Assembly (NCBI GenBank): GCA_963834215.1
Contig: CAWIAM010000015.1
Span: 43,881-107,880 of the forward strand
Length of the DNA: 64,000 bases
Origin: an uncultured Acidobacteriota bacterium
GTDB lineage: Bacteria > Acidobacteriota > Terriglobia > Acidiferrales > UBA7541
Reading direction: 5' to 3'
The notes under the pieces were generated by a model. It was not told the DNA's origin and searched no databases. It saw nothing but the letters and a program-made list of their open reading frames with translations. Every line of letters begins with the position of its first letter. The stretch's first letter is position 1. This document shows, one piece after another, positions 24,810 to 34,413 of the stretch. A program made the position numbers and the translations under genes.

Positions 24810-27800
24810 CTAAGGCTGAGCGGTACCAGCATTCGACGGCAGCAACGCGAGCTTGCCCTGCCGAAACTCTTCTCCCGTTTCGCGCATTGCGCGAAGCAAT
24901 GCCGGCCAATCGTTCAAGTCGGTGGCGAAGATCTTGGTGACCATACGAACGGTAAGCTCGGGCGCCAGCCGATTCAGCGCCACCGGTGGATAGCCCATCT
25001 CGTCGGCCAAGCGAGCCCAATACAGATTCGTGGAATCCCAGGTTTCGGCTAGCAATCGGCTGGAGTAACCTTGGAACATGGGAAACGGAGCCACATTCAG
25101 CAGTTCGCGGCCATAAGTTCGCGCCAGTACCGGATGCGGCACGCCGAAATCCCGCGAGATCCGTTCCCAGCTTAGATCCGAAGGATGCTCGAGAGACAAT
25201 TCCTGCAATTCTCGTCCCGCCGGCCCCCATGAAGAGGTTACGTCCGGAAATCTGCGCCGAAACTCCGCGGTAAGATAAAAAGTATCGGCCGGAGTGACTC
25301 GAGAAAGCACCTCGGTCAGCCGTCCCGCTCGCAGCGCATCTTCCAACTGCGCCCACCGTTGAGGAATCATGCGGTCGGAAAAGATATTCATTACGTTGCC
25401 GCGCAGTTCTTCGTCTTGCGCCGCTGCCGCCAAGAGTTCCTCTCCCGCGCGCTGATAAAGTGCCACGGCGTGGAGCTCAATACCGCTCACGTTCCACCAA
25501 CGCGGCAAAACGGAGCCGGCCAAGACGCACGGGGTGACGTCCGGCCAGATCAGAGCCTGCACGTTTTCCGGAGAAATGAAATCCTGCTCCAGTTGCGCCA
25601 GCACGTAAGGTAAGTCGGCGAGCGATCCAACGAGATGGGCGCCGCCACCTGCCGGCGATCCTATACCGAACACACGGGGCTCCTGCCAGACCGACTCTTC
25701 AATGCCAATTACGGTTTCACCCGAGAAATCGTGGGACCGAATCAGGAGCGGATTATTGTGAAGAGCCTGAGCGCCGGGCGGTTCGTAGTAGGCGTAACTC
25801 AGGCCGACAAGCGTGTCCCTTAAGAAAGGAACAAGCTCTCCACGAGCTTGCTCCAATTCCGCGCTGGAAGCCTTCGAGCTCACCAGCTTGGCAATATCGG
25901 TTCGCATTTCCAGATCGGTGTGGCGGTTGTTGTAAGTTCCGGTCGTAAACTCGGTTCTTTCGCCCTTGGTAAAGATCGGGCGCGGCATCTGAAATTCCGT
26001 TAGCTCTTCGGCAAGCGGGAGCAGGCCGTCGTCCGGAGCATTTCCGTGCGCCGCTCCACGCAGGCCGTCGCCCAGTGCTAGTAGCGTATCGAGGGAAACC
26101 AGGCGCTGATCGTCCAGGACCACACGAATCCGATCAGCCAATTCCCTATGGACGCGCTGGCCTTCCGTGTCGGTTTGTCGGGGGCCAGCCATCAACTCCA
26201 CGATTTCATCTTGGGAGCGCCGCGATTCGCCGGTAGCCGCGCGCAGGACTTGTGCCAGCGAATTGCGTCCTGCATCGAAAAGCTGATCGGACGAAGTCAC
26301 ATGCGAGAACGGTTTCATCATTTCCTGCCACGATTCGTCCTGCTTGGACCCAGCGATCTCACCCTGGCGTGCCAGGATTTGCCAAAGTCCGACATTCGCT
26401 TCGAAAATTCCCATCGCGTTGCCGCGCAGCGTGTGGTCGGAAATCTTGCCGATAGATTGGGCTGTCGCCAGGAACGCCGCGATGGACGAATCGCCTAACT
26501 CTGGAAATTCAGAAAAAATCAAATACTGGTCGCGAAATTCGCGGAACTTGCTCGCCATCAGCCCAACCGTTGAAGGGCTCAAGCGATGCCCTGCGGGTCG
26601 CTTGGCGTCTATTTCACTGAGCACGAGAAAGGCGTCGGGTGGCCCTCCGTCTATGTACAGGCGGGAAAGCGCAAACATAACTTCCAGCAGTCCATCGGGC
26701 GTTTTCCAGCCCTTGGTTTCGACGCCCGCGCTGTGGGCGGCGTCAGCAACAGTCTTCTGCCTGAGAATGGTCCTCCACGCTTGAAGATCTCCAGGAATGT
26801 GTGGATCGCCATTGGGCTCCCACTGCAGGCGAGTAATCAACAGCAAGAGGGTGGGGTCCGGACGAAACACGGACGCTGTGGCGCTCGGAGACGCACTTTT
26901 TCCGCGCAGCGCTTCGTAATACCCCCGTAGCCGGGGAGATTCCGCAATGTGGGTTTGCTGCTCGAGAGGAACGCGCGAGAGCGAATCAAAATAGGCGGCC
27001 AACCAGCCGTCGTCCTTGGTAAGAAGCCGCTGAACGAATTCTGACGGCGAATGCGGGTTTGCGCCAACTAAGTCCTTCCACGCCGGCTCAGCTGCCTGTC
27101 CGCCGGGCACAACGACACTTCCTGAACGGATGAGGATGTAGCTGCCGTAAAAATCCAAAACGGAAGCGAGCGGGACCAACTTTTTCATTCCCGGCGATCG
27201 CTGCAGAGTCGCCTGCGTTTCGGGATCCATATGCGCCCACGCATAGTAAAGACGCGCTAGAGAAGGATCGTGCAAAAGCGCCTCAAGCAACGTGCTGCTG
27301 CTTTCGTCTTTGCCCCCATGCTTGCCTGCTACCCGCCAATCGGACTCTGTCATGAATATCGGTACGTGCGAGCTCGGATAGGAATAGGAGAAAGGCTCGC
27401 CCCCCTGCAGAGTTTTCTCCAGTTCGGGGAGCGGAAAACCGGAGTCGATGGTCAGAAACGCTCTTCGCGCATCCTCAGTCTCAACGAAAGTGCTGCTCTT
27501 TCCGCAGTCCGGACGTGCGCGGTAGCCCAGGATATCCAACAAGCCCTTCGCGTCGCTGCAATTGGTGACGCGAATCACGCCGCCGGTTCCTGCCAAGGCT
27601 GTCAGTTCCCGTGCTTGCTCCACATATCGCCGAAGCAGAATCAGGAACTCGGTTGCATGGGCGCTCGAGCCTGTTCCCTCGTAACCGACGATGAATACGT
27701 TACGAGCGAGCAAGGGCATCACTTCTTCGGGAGAAACTTTCTGACTGACTCCAGCCATGCGCAAGAAAGAACGGAGAGGACCCGGAATAGTCGCCATCGC

Positions 27801-27938
27801 CGGTTCATGCGATTGCGCTTCCTGCGGCGCAGAAGAGGAAGATTGGGAAGGACGGGCGCCGCAAACAACCGGAGTGAAGCAGGCACAAACGCAGCACGCA
27901 ACTACGAGTGGCACAGAAAGATGAAGGGGATGTTTCAT
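24810..27938 (-). CDS. Large exported hypothetical protein (about 1042 aa), no recognisable domain
   Basis: Uninterrupted 3.1-kb ORF. Signal-like MKHPLHLSVPLVVACCVCACFTPVVCGA. Predominantly helical-looking, with no motifs I can assign. Start taken at ATG 27938 (the ORF track gives 27983). Confidence 0.75.
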   Translation of the reverse strand: MKHPLHLSVPLVVACCVCACFTPVVCGARPSQSSSSAPQEAQSHEPAMATIPGPLRSFLRMAGVSQKVSPEEVMPLLARNVFIVGYEGTGSSAHATEFLILLRRYVEQARELTALAGTGGVIRVTNCSDAKGLLDILGYRARPDCGKSSTFVETEDARRAFLTIDSGFPLPELEKTLQGGEPFSYSYPSSHVPIFMTESDWRVAGKHGGKDESSSTLLEALLHDPSLARLYYAWAHMDPETQATLQRSPGMKKLVPLASVLDFYGSYILIRSGSVVVPGGQAAEPAWKDLVGANPHSPSEFVQRLLTKDDGWLAAYFDSLSRVPLEQQTHIAESPRLRGYYEALRGKSASPSATASVFRPDPTLLLLITRLQWEPNGDPHIPGDLQAWRTILRQKTVADAAHSAGVETKGWKTPDGLLEVMFALSRLYIDGGPPDAFLVLSEIDAKRPAGHRLSPSTVGLMASKFREFRDQYLIFSEFPELGDSSIAAFLATAQSIGKISDHTLRGNAMGIFEANVGLWQILARQGEIAGSKQDESWQEMMKPFSHVTSSDQLFDAGRNSLAQVLRAATGESRRSQDEIVELMAGPRQTDTEGQRVHRELADRIRVVLDDQRLVSLDTLLALGDGLRGAAHGNAPDDGLLPLAEELTEFQMPRPIFTKGERTEFTTGTYNNRHTDLEMRTDIAKLVSSKASSAELEQARGELVPFLRDTLVGLSYAYYEPPGAQALHNNPLLIRSHDFSGETVIGIEESVWQEPRVFGIGSPAGGGAHLVGSLADLPYVLAQLEQDFISPENVQALIWPDVTPCVLAGSVLPRWWNVSGIELHAVALYQRAGEELLAAAAQDEELRGNVMNIFSDRMIPQRWAQLEDALRAGRLTEVLSRVTPADTFYLTAEFRRRFPDVTSSWGPAGRELQELSLEHPSDLSWERISRDFGVPHPVLARTYGRELLNVAPFPMFQGYSSRLLAETWDSTNLYWARLADEMGYPPVALNRLAPELTVRMVTKIFATDLNDWPALLRAMRETGEEFRQGKLALLPSNAGTAQP

Positions 27939-28361
27939 CGTCGCCCCAAAATCTTCAAGAAAACCTGCTGCTACTTCCGCCAACCGTTAAGGACCGCTAG
28001 AGGAGCTTCGCTGCGGCTGAAATCCATATCGTAATCATCAAAGCCCGGACACGCACCCTAGGATGAGGATAGTACTCTTCTTCCTGCCCCGAAGACAACG
28101 AACTTATCCAACGCTGCCGCCTGCGATCAATCGCCCCCGAAGACGAGATAAGGAAACGAGTCCGCGCAGATCTGGACCTACGAAGCCGAGGATTGATGCC
28201 CGTAATCGGAAATTCTGGTGCGTCAGACGCCAAGCGCGCTAATCAAATTCAACGTACTAAAGCGCGGGTTCGATGACGTGAGGCTGTCGGCATTCGTAGA
28301 TCCGCGAAAAGAAGTAACTCTGGGAGTGATCCTGCGACTTCCGCGGCCATTGCCAGACGAT

Positions 28362-30125
28362 CTAATTGTTCACGGTGAGTGTCGCCTCGCTCATGAGTCG
28401 CACGGTGCGCGGCAAATTCACCAGGAAAGTTGTTCCCGTCGAAGAAGTGTGTTCGACCGTCGCGGAGCCGCCGTGGTCCTGAATCACTTTGTTGACGATG
28501 GCAAGTCCTAGGCCCGTTCCATTGGATTTCCCGAAGCTCACGAAGGGATCAAACAAGGTAGCGCGCACCGCCACAGGCACGCCCGTTCCGTAGTCGGTTA
28601 CGCGAATTTCAAACTGATCGGCGAACGAGCGGATATCAATCTCAATTTCGCGTTGTGTTTGCGCCGAAGCCTCACACGCATTCAATACCAAATTAAAAAA
28701 TGCCCGCTCGATCTTTTTCGGATCGAAGATTCCCGTCATGTCTCCGGACGACTGCAACGAAATTGTTCGCATCCGCAATTCCGAACGCGCGCGGACGGCA
28801 TCCACCGCGTGCCGGATAGTTTGATCAATTTCCGCAGGACGCGGCGAAATCGTACCTTCCTCACGCGACAGTTCCCTGAGCGAATCCACCAGATCGGTCA
28901 TCTGCTCCGAGGCAGTCTTGATCTCATCGTAAATCTCGTCACGATTGAGCTTCAGCTTTTCCGCTTCGTACAAAAACTCCGCATTGGCCACTATGGCAGC
29001 AAGATAATGGCGCAAATCGTGTGATATGGAACTCGCGGCTCTTCCAAACGCAGCGATCCGCTCTATGGCGAGCCGCCGCTGCTCTGAAGTAAGCAATTCG
29101 CCGCGCATCTTGGAGAACGCATCGCTCAGTTCCGCCACCTCGCTGCTGCCGCGCGGACGTATGGAGTACGCATAATCTCCCTTGGCGAGCGCTCTCACAC
29201 CCGCGACCAAATCATCCAGGGGATGTGTAATGGTCCGCGACACGAAGGTGAGCAGCAAACCCGCCAGCACGAGCGCCGAAAGACCCAAAATCAGAATTCT
29301 CCGGTTCAACCGGCTGAGGAAGGCGTTCGCGGGCTGCAAAGACATCAGGACGTAGCATTTCACGCTGGCTGGCGCGCCTTGATGGATTAGAACCGTGTCG
29401 ACCTGGAATGGCTCATCGCCCAGAACGATCTCGCGTGATTCACTGGCCCCATCCGGCTCCTGATGGATCTGGCTTTGAAACACGCGCTGTTCGGAAGGAG
29501 ACAGTGTAGACGCTATGATTTTCCCGCCCGTGGCTAGCGCAATTTGCCCGCCCGACGCCAAAGCCAATTGTTGGGCGACCGTGGAATCAATTTGATAGCC
29601 AATAGCCAGGATGCCCAGTCGCCGCTCATTGGATTCACTCCCCGCCAAAATCGTGCGCAAAAAAACACGATACAGCTGCCCATTGCCGTACCACCACGCC
29701 GCATCGTCTCCCTGCTCGATGGAACGCTTCAGATCCCGTTCGGCTAGGGCGCTATCCCAACCAGGTTTGGAAACGTGAAAAGCGAAAAAACGGCCATCAG
29801 CGCCGGAAAGCACAAAAAGCTGGCTTCCCGCAAGTTTCCATAGAGGTTCGGATGCATCTTGAATCGTGAGGGCATGCTGAGTCGCCATCATCGCCTTCAG
29901 CGTGGGCATCTCCGCGAGCATGGCTGCGGTTCGGGAAAGCTGCAGGTCGCGATCCTGTTGGACGTTTTCGAATGCGTGCAATGATGCAGCAGTGCTTTGC
30001 CGCACACCTTCCGCGATTTCCGATCGCACCGTATAGCGGACTATCAGCAGTAGCGCTCCCAGCAAGGCGCAGATAATCAAAAGCGTGGCTATGAGCAGCT
30101 GAGTACGTAGTCGCAGGCGCGCCAT
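28362..30125 (-). CDS. Sensor histidine kinase (periplasmic sensor domain, HAMP, HisKA, HATPase_c)
   Basis: 587 aa. Two TM segments flank a ~260-aa extracytoplasmic domain. H-box ISHDLRHYLAAI, N-box FNLVLNACEA, G-boxes DYGTGV and GTGLGLAIV. Confidence 0.9.
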   Translation of the reverse strand: MARLRLRTQLLIATLLIICALLGALLLIVRYTVRSEIAEGVRQSTAASLHAFENVQQDRDLQLSRTAAMLAEMPTLKAMMATQHALTIQDASEPLWKLAGSQLFVLSGADGRFFAFHVSKPGWDSALAERDLKRSIEQGDDAAWWYGNGQLYRVFLRTILAGSESNERRLGILAIGYQIDSTVAQQLALASGGQIALATGGKIIASTLSPSEQRVFQSQIHQEPDGASESREIVLGDEPFQVDTVLIHQGAPASVKCYVLMSLQPANAFLSRLNRRILILGLSALVLAGLLLTFVSRTITHPLDDLVAGVRALAKGDYAYSIRPRGSSEVAELSDAFSKMRGELLTSEQRRLAIERIAAFGRAASSISHDLRHYLAAIVANAEFLYEAEKLKLNRDEIYDEIKTASEQMTDLVDSLRELSREEGTISPRPAEIDQTIRHAVDAVRARSELRMRTISLQSSGDMTGIFDPKKIERAFFNLVLNACEASAQTQREIEIDIRSFADQFEIRVTDYGTGVPVAVRATLFDPFVSFGKSNGTGLGLAIVNKVIQDHGGSATVEHTSSTGTTFLVNLPRTVRLMSEATLTVNN

Positions 30126-30145
30126 GAACCTCCGGGCAGGCGGTG

Positions 30146-30877
30146 TTATTTCTCCGGAACGAAGCTCGAATCGCCGGGCATGAATTTGTAACCAGAGCCG
30201 TGCATGGTGTGAAAATAGCGCGGATTTCCGGGATCGGGCTCGAGCTTCTGCCGCAATCGCAGGACGTGATTATCCACGGTCCTGGTCGTCGGATAGTTTT
30301 CGTATCCCCACACTTCATTTAATAGTTCTTCTCTGGAAATCACCCGAGCGGGAGAACCGGCGAAGTACTTGAGCAGCTTGAATTCTTGCGCCGTAAAGGT
30401 AAGGGTTTTGGGGCCGCGTGTCGCCACCATGCTCGTGAAATCGATCCGGATTTCGTCGAATGCCAGGACATCGTGTGTCACGACCGGACTCGCCGGATTC
30501 GCCACGTCCGCCAATTGCCCGCGGCGCATGGCACGCCTCACTCGCGCGAGCAGCTCCTTCGGACTGAACGGCTTCGTAACGTAATCGTCGGCGCCGAGTT
30601 CGAGCAACAGCACTTTGTCTTCTACTTCATTGTTTGCGCTCAACACGACGATTGGCACGATCGGCGCGTGTGCCTTAAACGCGCGGCAAACTTCCTTGCC
30701 CGGCAACCGCGGAAGTTTCAGGTCCAAGACCACGACGCTGGGAGGTTGTTTGCGAAAACTATCGAGTCCCGCCACGCCGTCCGCGGCAATCTGCACCTGC
30801 AGCCCGTCCGCTTCGAAGAGGCGCTGCAGAGTCCGCTGCATCGGCCGGCTGTCTTCAACTACTAATACGGTGTCCAT
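30146..30877 (-). CDS. OmpR-family response regulator (REC + winged-helix)
   Basis: MDTVLVVEDS...VVVLDLKLP (phospho-acceptor Asp)...C-terminal LTFTAQEFKLLKYFA...YFHTMHGSGYKF. ATG at 30877 with AAGGA upstream is preferred over the ORF-track start at 30970. Confidence 0.9.
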   Translation of the reverse strand: MDTVLVVEDSRPMQRTLQRLFEADGLQVQIAADGVAGLDSFRKQPPSVVVLDLKLPRLPGKEVCRAFKAHAPIVPIVVLSANNEVEDKVLLLELGADDYVTKPFSPKELLARVRRAMRRGQLADVANPASPVVTHDVLAFDEIRIDFTSMVATRGPKTLTFTAQEFKLLKYFAGSPARVISREELLNEVWGYENYPTTRTVDNHVLRLRQKLEPDPGNPRYFHTMHGSGYKFMPGDSSFVPEK

Positions 30878-31038
30878 GTGATTTCCTTGGACGAACGCGG
30901 ATTTGTCCGGTCGAGCAAGGCCTCCTCGGATGATTGCGGTGTATCCATTATATAGCTTATCTAGCCGCACTGCCGCAGGAGCCCCTAGCTTCGCATGCCC
31001 CTGCGGCGCGGCGGCGGCTTTCTATGAGGCCAGAACCT

Positions 31039-31276
31039 CTAATGGAGCAGGTTCAGCGTGTTCGTAGCATCATCCACAAAGACGACACCTTGTCCCGGTT
31101 CGAAGATGAGTCCGAATAGCGGCCTGAGTCAGGTTTCCTCCCGCGGTAAGCGTAAAGCCCACTCCAGCAGACCGATCTCGTCCCATTGGATGCGGAATCA
31201 CGGTGATTCGATTATTCAGAGTGTCGGCGACGTACAGTACGGGTTCTCCCTGGTCCCCCCGGCCGCTGTCGCATCG
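31039..31276 (-). pseudogene. C-terminal remnant of an NHL/beta-propeller-repeat protein gene, with an internal frameshift
   Basis: Manual translation gives ...GDQGEPVLYVADTLNNRITVIPHP...GFTLTAGGNLTQ in one frame, continued as PLFGLIFEPGQGVVFVDDATNTLNLLH* in another. YVAD..NNRI is an NHL-repeat signature. There is no start and no upstream part. Confidence 0.3.
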
Positions 31277-31366
31277 TCAGCGTCTGAATCGCCGCAATCC
31301 GGGCTCAGCCGGCTAATGCGCGCGAAATTTTCCACATTTTAATCTCCGTAATTTTCCGCGGCCATA

Positions 31367-31399
31367 ATCGTGTCCCGGTCGGGGGGACCGAGACACGAT
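31367..31399. repeat. Strong isolated inverted repeat (13 bp of pairing, 1 mismatch, GGGGG loop)
   Basis: ATCGTGTC-C-CGGTC-ggggg-GACCG-A-GACACGAT. It is intergenic and has no U-tract on either strand. Confidence 0.5.
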
Positions 31400-31639
31400 C
31401 TTAGGCCTGTCGCGCGAGGGACAAGATCGAAAGCCCAGCCGGACTCTCTTGGAGGGGGAAGGCAGGCTGAGGTTAGCGATTCCCTACGGGAGAAAACTAA
31501 GGCAGAGCTGGGCCGGCGTTGTCAGCGAGTTGTCTAGGAATTGTCAACAGCAAGTAAAATCATCGGCTAGGCGGCACGTTTGGCTTCATGTAGGTTCGCA
31601 GCTGCACACACTTCGGCTCCGCATATGGCGGCGGAAACC

Positions 31640-32395
31640 TCAAGGGTGATCGTAGTCAGGATTCGGCGGGGGTACGTAGTCCAGGCCGTACTTGTTTTTA
31701 TGGGCGGGCGTGAAATTGGGATTCTCCAAGACACGAACCTGCCCCAGGTTGCGAGCGGAATTCGATATGGTCACGGTCCGCGTCAAGCCGCTCAGCGCTT
31801 CAGGCAAACTCCGTTCGTACCAAACATTTATTTGGTAGCGCCCGTCCGGCACATTGGGAATGATGATGTGCCCGGAACGATCTGAAAGCCCGAAATACGG
31901 TGTCTCCACCGCCACGATCACCGCGCTCATTTCCGCGTGAATATTGCAAAAAAGAAAGCTGACACCCGGCCGGTCGAATGTGACGGTACGTTTCGAACCT
32001 GATTCGTACAAGCCCAGATCGAATCGCCTGCCGTCGTACAGCGAGAAAATATTGTGGAAGAAGGGGTCCTTATTGGGGAATTCAACCACTGTGCCAACCG
32101 GCACGATCAGAACGTGAGGCTCGAATGTCTTGTTACGTTGCGCCAACTGCGGCGGCTTGCTCGCTTTTGCCCAGGCCGAGGGATTTGCTTCTGTGTGGTC
32201 GAGAGGTATGAGCCAAACTGCGACATTCGAATTGTCCGGAATTGCCCCTTTGCCGGTCTTGGTGCTTTTTATCACCGTCCGCATAATCGCAACGTCTACG
32301 GAAACGGGTCTCTCTTGGGCTTTTAGCTGCACGCAATTGGCCCATGCCATCAGCAATACAAGCCAAATCTGGATTTTGAACGGCTCCTTCATCAA
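31640..32395 (-). CDS. Cupredoxin-domain protein with amicyanin-like type-1 Cu ligand spacing plus a CarboxypepD_reg-like C-terminal domain
   Basis: 251 aa with a signal peptide. FEPHVLIVPVGTVVEFPNKDPFFHNIFS (His ligand) and FCNIHAEM (C-x2-H-x2-M). C-terminal GHIIIPNVPDGRYQINVWYE beta-sandwich motif. Confidence 0.7.
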   Translation of the reverse strand: MMKEPFKIQIWLVLLMAWANCVQLKAQERPVSVDVAIMRTVIKSTKTGKGAIPDNSNVAVWLIPLDHTEANPSAWAKASKPPQLAQRNKTFEPHVLIVPVGTVVEFPNKDPFFHNIFSLYDGRRFDLGLYESGSKRTVTFDRPGVSFLFCNIHAEMSAVIVAVETPYFGLSDRSGHIIIPNVPDGRYQINVWYERSLPEALSGLTRTVTISNSARNLGQVRVLENPNFTPAHKNKYGLDYVPPPNPDYDHP

Positions 32396-32405
32396 GTTGT
32401 CCGCA

Positions 32406-34019
32406 CTAAAAAATGTATCCGACGCTGGTCCCGATCTGGTTTGCGCTATTCGCGTTGCTGTCCAAGGTGTATGTCTGTAACCGGCGGTATTCGACCGAAA
32501 ACACCACGTCGGAGCGCACGTGGTAAATGAAATTCACGAAGGGGCTGAGGTTTCGTGAAAGGGACGAACCATAATAATACGCGGTGGCAGGGAAAGCGCG
32601 CAGTTCGCTCGCGAACGGATTATCCTGTCCGTACGCGAAATTCACTTCGAAATTAGCCCTCGGTTTGAATTTCAATTGCACCCACCCTCCCATCGAATCG
32701 AGCCCGCGAATAGTAGTTCCGGGATCGGCAATGGCCCCCGACAATAGGATCGTTTGGCCGATACCTCCTCCCATCCCCCCGGCACCGCGGCCGCGATAGA
32801 ATTCGCCGCTAAAATCAAAATAATCGCCGAGCGGAACAGTCACGTCGGTTGTGCCAACCCAACCATCCACAGTTCTGCCAAAGCCCCAATTTTGCCGCCC
32901 ATAATAACCGCCGAGCCCAACAGTCATGTCTCTACCGAACTCGCGCCTGCTCCACGCGATGCGCGCCGCGTAGGCCGGTTGCCCCGATTGTTCACCCGCT
33001 GTCGGGGAACGGTAAGTTCCGGAGGGGAGGTCGCCGGTTAGCGAGTCCAAAATGCCAGCCTGTAACAGCAGGTTCGATGTGTCGGACAGGCTGATTCGAT
33101 GCTCGATGCGGATTTGCGGCGTCCAACTCCACAAGTTGCCAGTGTAAGAAAGAGCCGGGATCGCGAGAGAAGATAGCGTGCTGGGGGTAAGAGGCGCAAA
33201 GAAGATAGAATCTTGTCCCGCGACGATCGAGGTGTGTTCCCAATCCAGGCGGATCGTCCCGGTGCGCAGCCGCACGATGCCAAACGCAGTCCCATTCGGC
33301 GTGTTCGGAAAGCCCCCCGCAAAATCGAATTTCAGGCTGGCACTGGTCCGCGCTCCGGCAATATCCGGTCCAAAAGCCTCAATACCAATCTGCGATTGGC
33401 GGAGCGACCCGGAGAACGCTCCGGACGTTCCCGTCGTTTCCGGCGTCGCAATTTGCGGAAAATCGAGATTGTCCACCGCGCCGCGGGTGACATTAGCGTT
33501 GAATAGCACGATTCCCGAGAGTCGCACGCGGTACTTCGATCCGCTCTCCACTTTCGTTTGGCTTTGTTCCACGATTTTGTCGTTCAGCAGCCGCTGGTCG
33601 TCTTCTAGCTGCGACAGCTGCGCGGCTAAGGGCGCTCCTGATTGTTGCGGCACTGCCGGGACGCGCGAGTCCGCCGATGCAGATGGCGCCGGGGCGGAAG
33701 AAACGCCGTAGCTTCCTGATCCCTCGCTCGGCCGCGACGCAAGTTGTTCTCTGGTCCGATTCAGTTCACTGCGCAGCGCCGCGGCTTCCACCAAGGCTTG
33801 TCGCTGTCCAGCTCGCAGCTCGTTCACTTGAGAATTCAGCGTCTGCACCTGCGACTGCAGTTGGCGCACAGACTCCGCAAGCGATTTCAGGTCCGGCGCC
33901 GAGTCAGTTGTAGGCGGGCTTGGCGCGTTCTGCCCTCGCGCCACGCAAGGCGCAAAAATAAGCAGAACGGCTGTCACCAGTGCCCTGTAATAAACTCGGA
34001 AGTGTGGATTCCGTTGCAT
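32406..34019 (-). CDS. Outer-membrane beta-barrel (porin-like) protein with N-terminal coiled-coil
   Basis: 537 aa. Signal peptide, then the heptad-like LKSLAESVRQLQSQVQTLNSQVNELRAG..., then a strand-rich region ending ...GTSVGYIF (aromatic C-terminus). Confidence 0.7.
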   Translation of the reverse strand: MQRNPHFRVYYRALVTAVLLIFAPCVARGQNAPSPPTTDSAPDLKSLAESVRQLQSQVQTLNSQVNELRAGQRQALVEAAALRSELNRTREQLASRPSEGSGSYGVSSAPAPSASADSRVPAVPQQSGAPLAAQLSQLEDDQRLLNDKIVEQSQTKVESGSKYRVRLSGIVLFNANVTRGAVDNLDFPQIATPETTGTSGAFSGSLRQSQIGIEAFGPDIAGARTSASLKFDFAGGFPNTPNGTAFGIVRLRTGTIRLDWEHTSIVAGQDSIFFAPLTPSTLSSLAIPALSYTGNLWSWTPQIRIEHRISLSDTSNLLLQAGILDSLTGDLPSGTYRSPTAGEQSGQPAYAARIAWSRREFGRDMTVGLGGYYGRQNWGFGRTVDGWVGTTDVTVPLGDYFDFSGEFYRGRGAGGMGGGIGQTILLSGAIADPGTTIRGLDSMGGWVQLKFKPRANFEVNFAYGQDNPFASELRAFPATAYYYGSSLSRNLSPFVNFIYHVRSDVVFSVEYRRLQTYTLDSNANSANQIGTSVGYIF

Positions 34020-34413
34020 TGCGGACCTCCTTGGAATTCCGTCTGAGTCCTCTTGGACGTTTCGTTTAGGGGGTAAGCGCTATCTGCGTCTTGAGAGAAC
34101 CAGCGACGCCGTTCGCTTGTTCTTGTCATTCCACTTCAGAATTGCGCCGCAGCCGTTGATCGTCGAACCAGACCTGAAGTTACTGCCTGAGTTAGCTGTG
34201 AGAATCTTATAACACACACCGAGTTCGAGTCGCTTCCGGGACCGCTTTCCGAAGAACGCATCTATTCGCGCGCCGTCGGCATAACCTTTGATGCTGTCCA
34301 AACTCTTACACGCACCGGACATTCATTTGACTCCCCGGTGACAAGCTCGGCTTCGACCGCCAGTACCGTCATCCCTCGGTTCATGTACCGAAATTCGAAA
34401 AGACAGGAGACTT

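Noticed and set aside
24283-25356. 357-aa minus-strand ORF overlapping the VWA gene and the large orphan gene out of frame
   Set aside because: It overlaps two better-supported genes in alternative frames. Its Arg/Gly-rich composition is typical of off-frame GC-rich translation.
28087-28142. Direct repeat CCCCGAAGAC (two copies about 46 nt apart) in the spacer upstream of the large orphan gene
   Set aside because: It has only 10 nt and two copies, which is compatible with chance in a GC-rich spacer. There is no associated structure.
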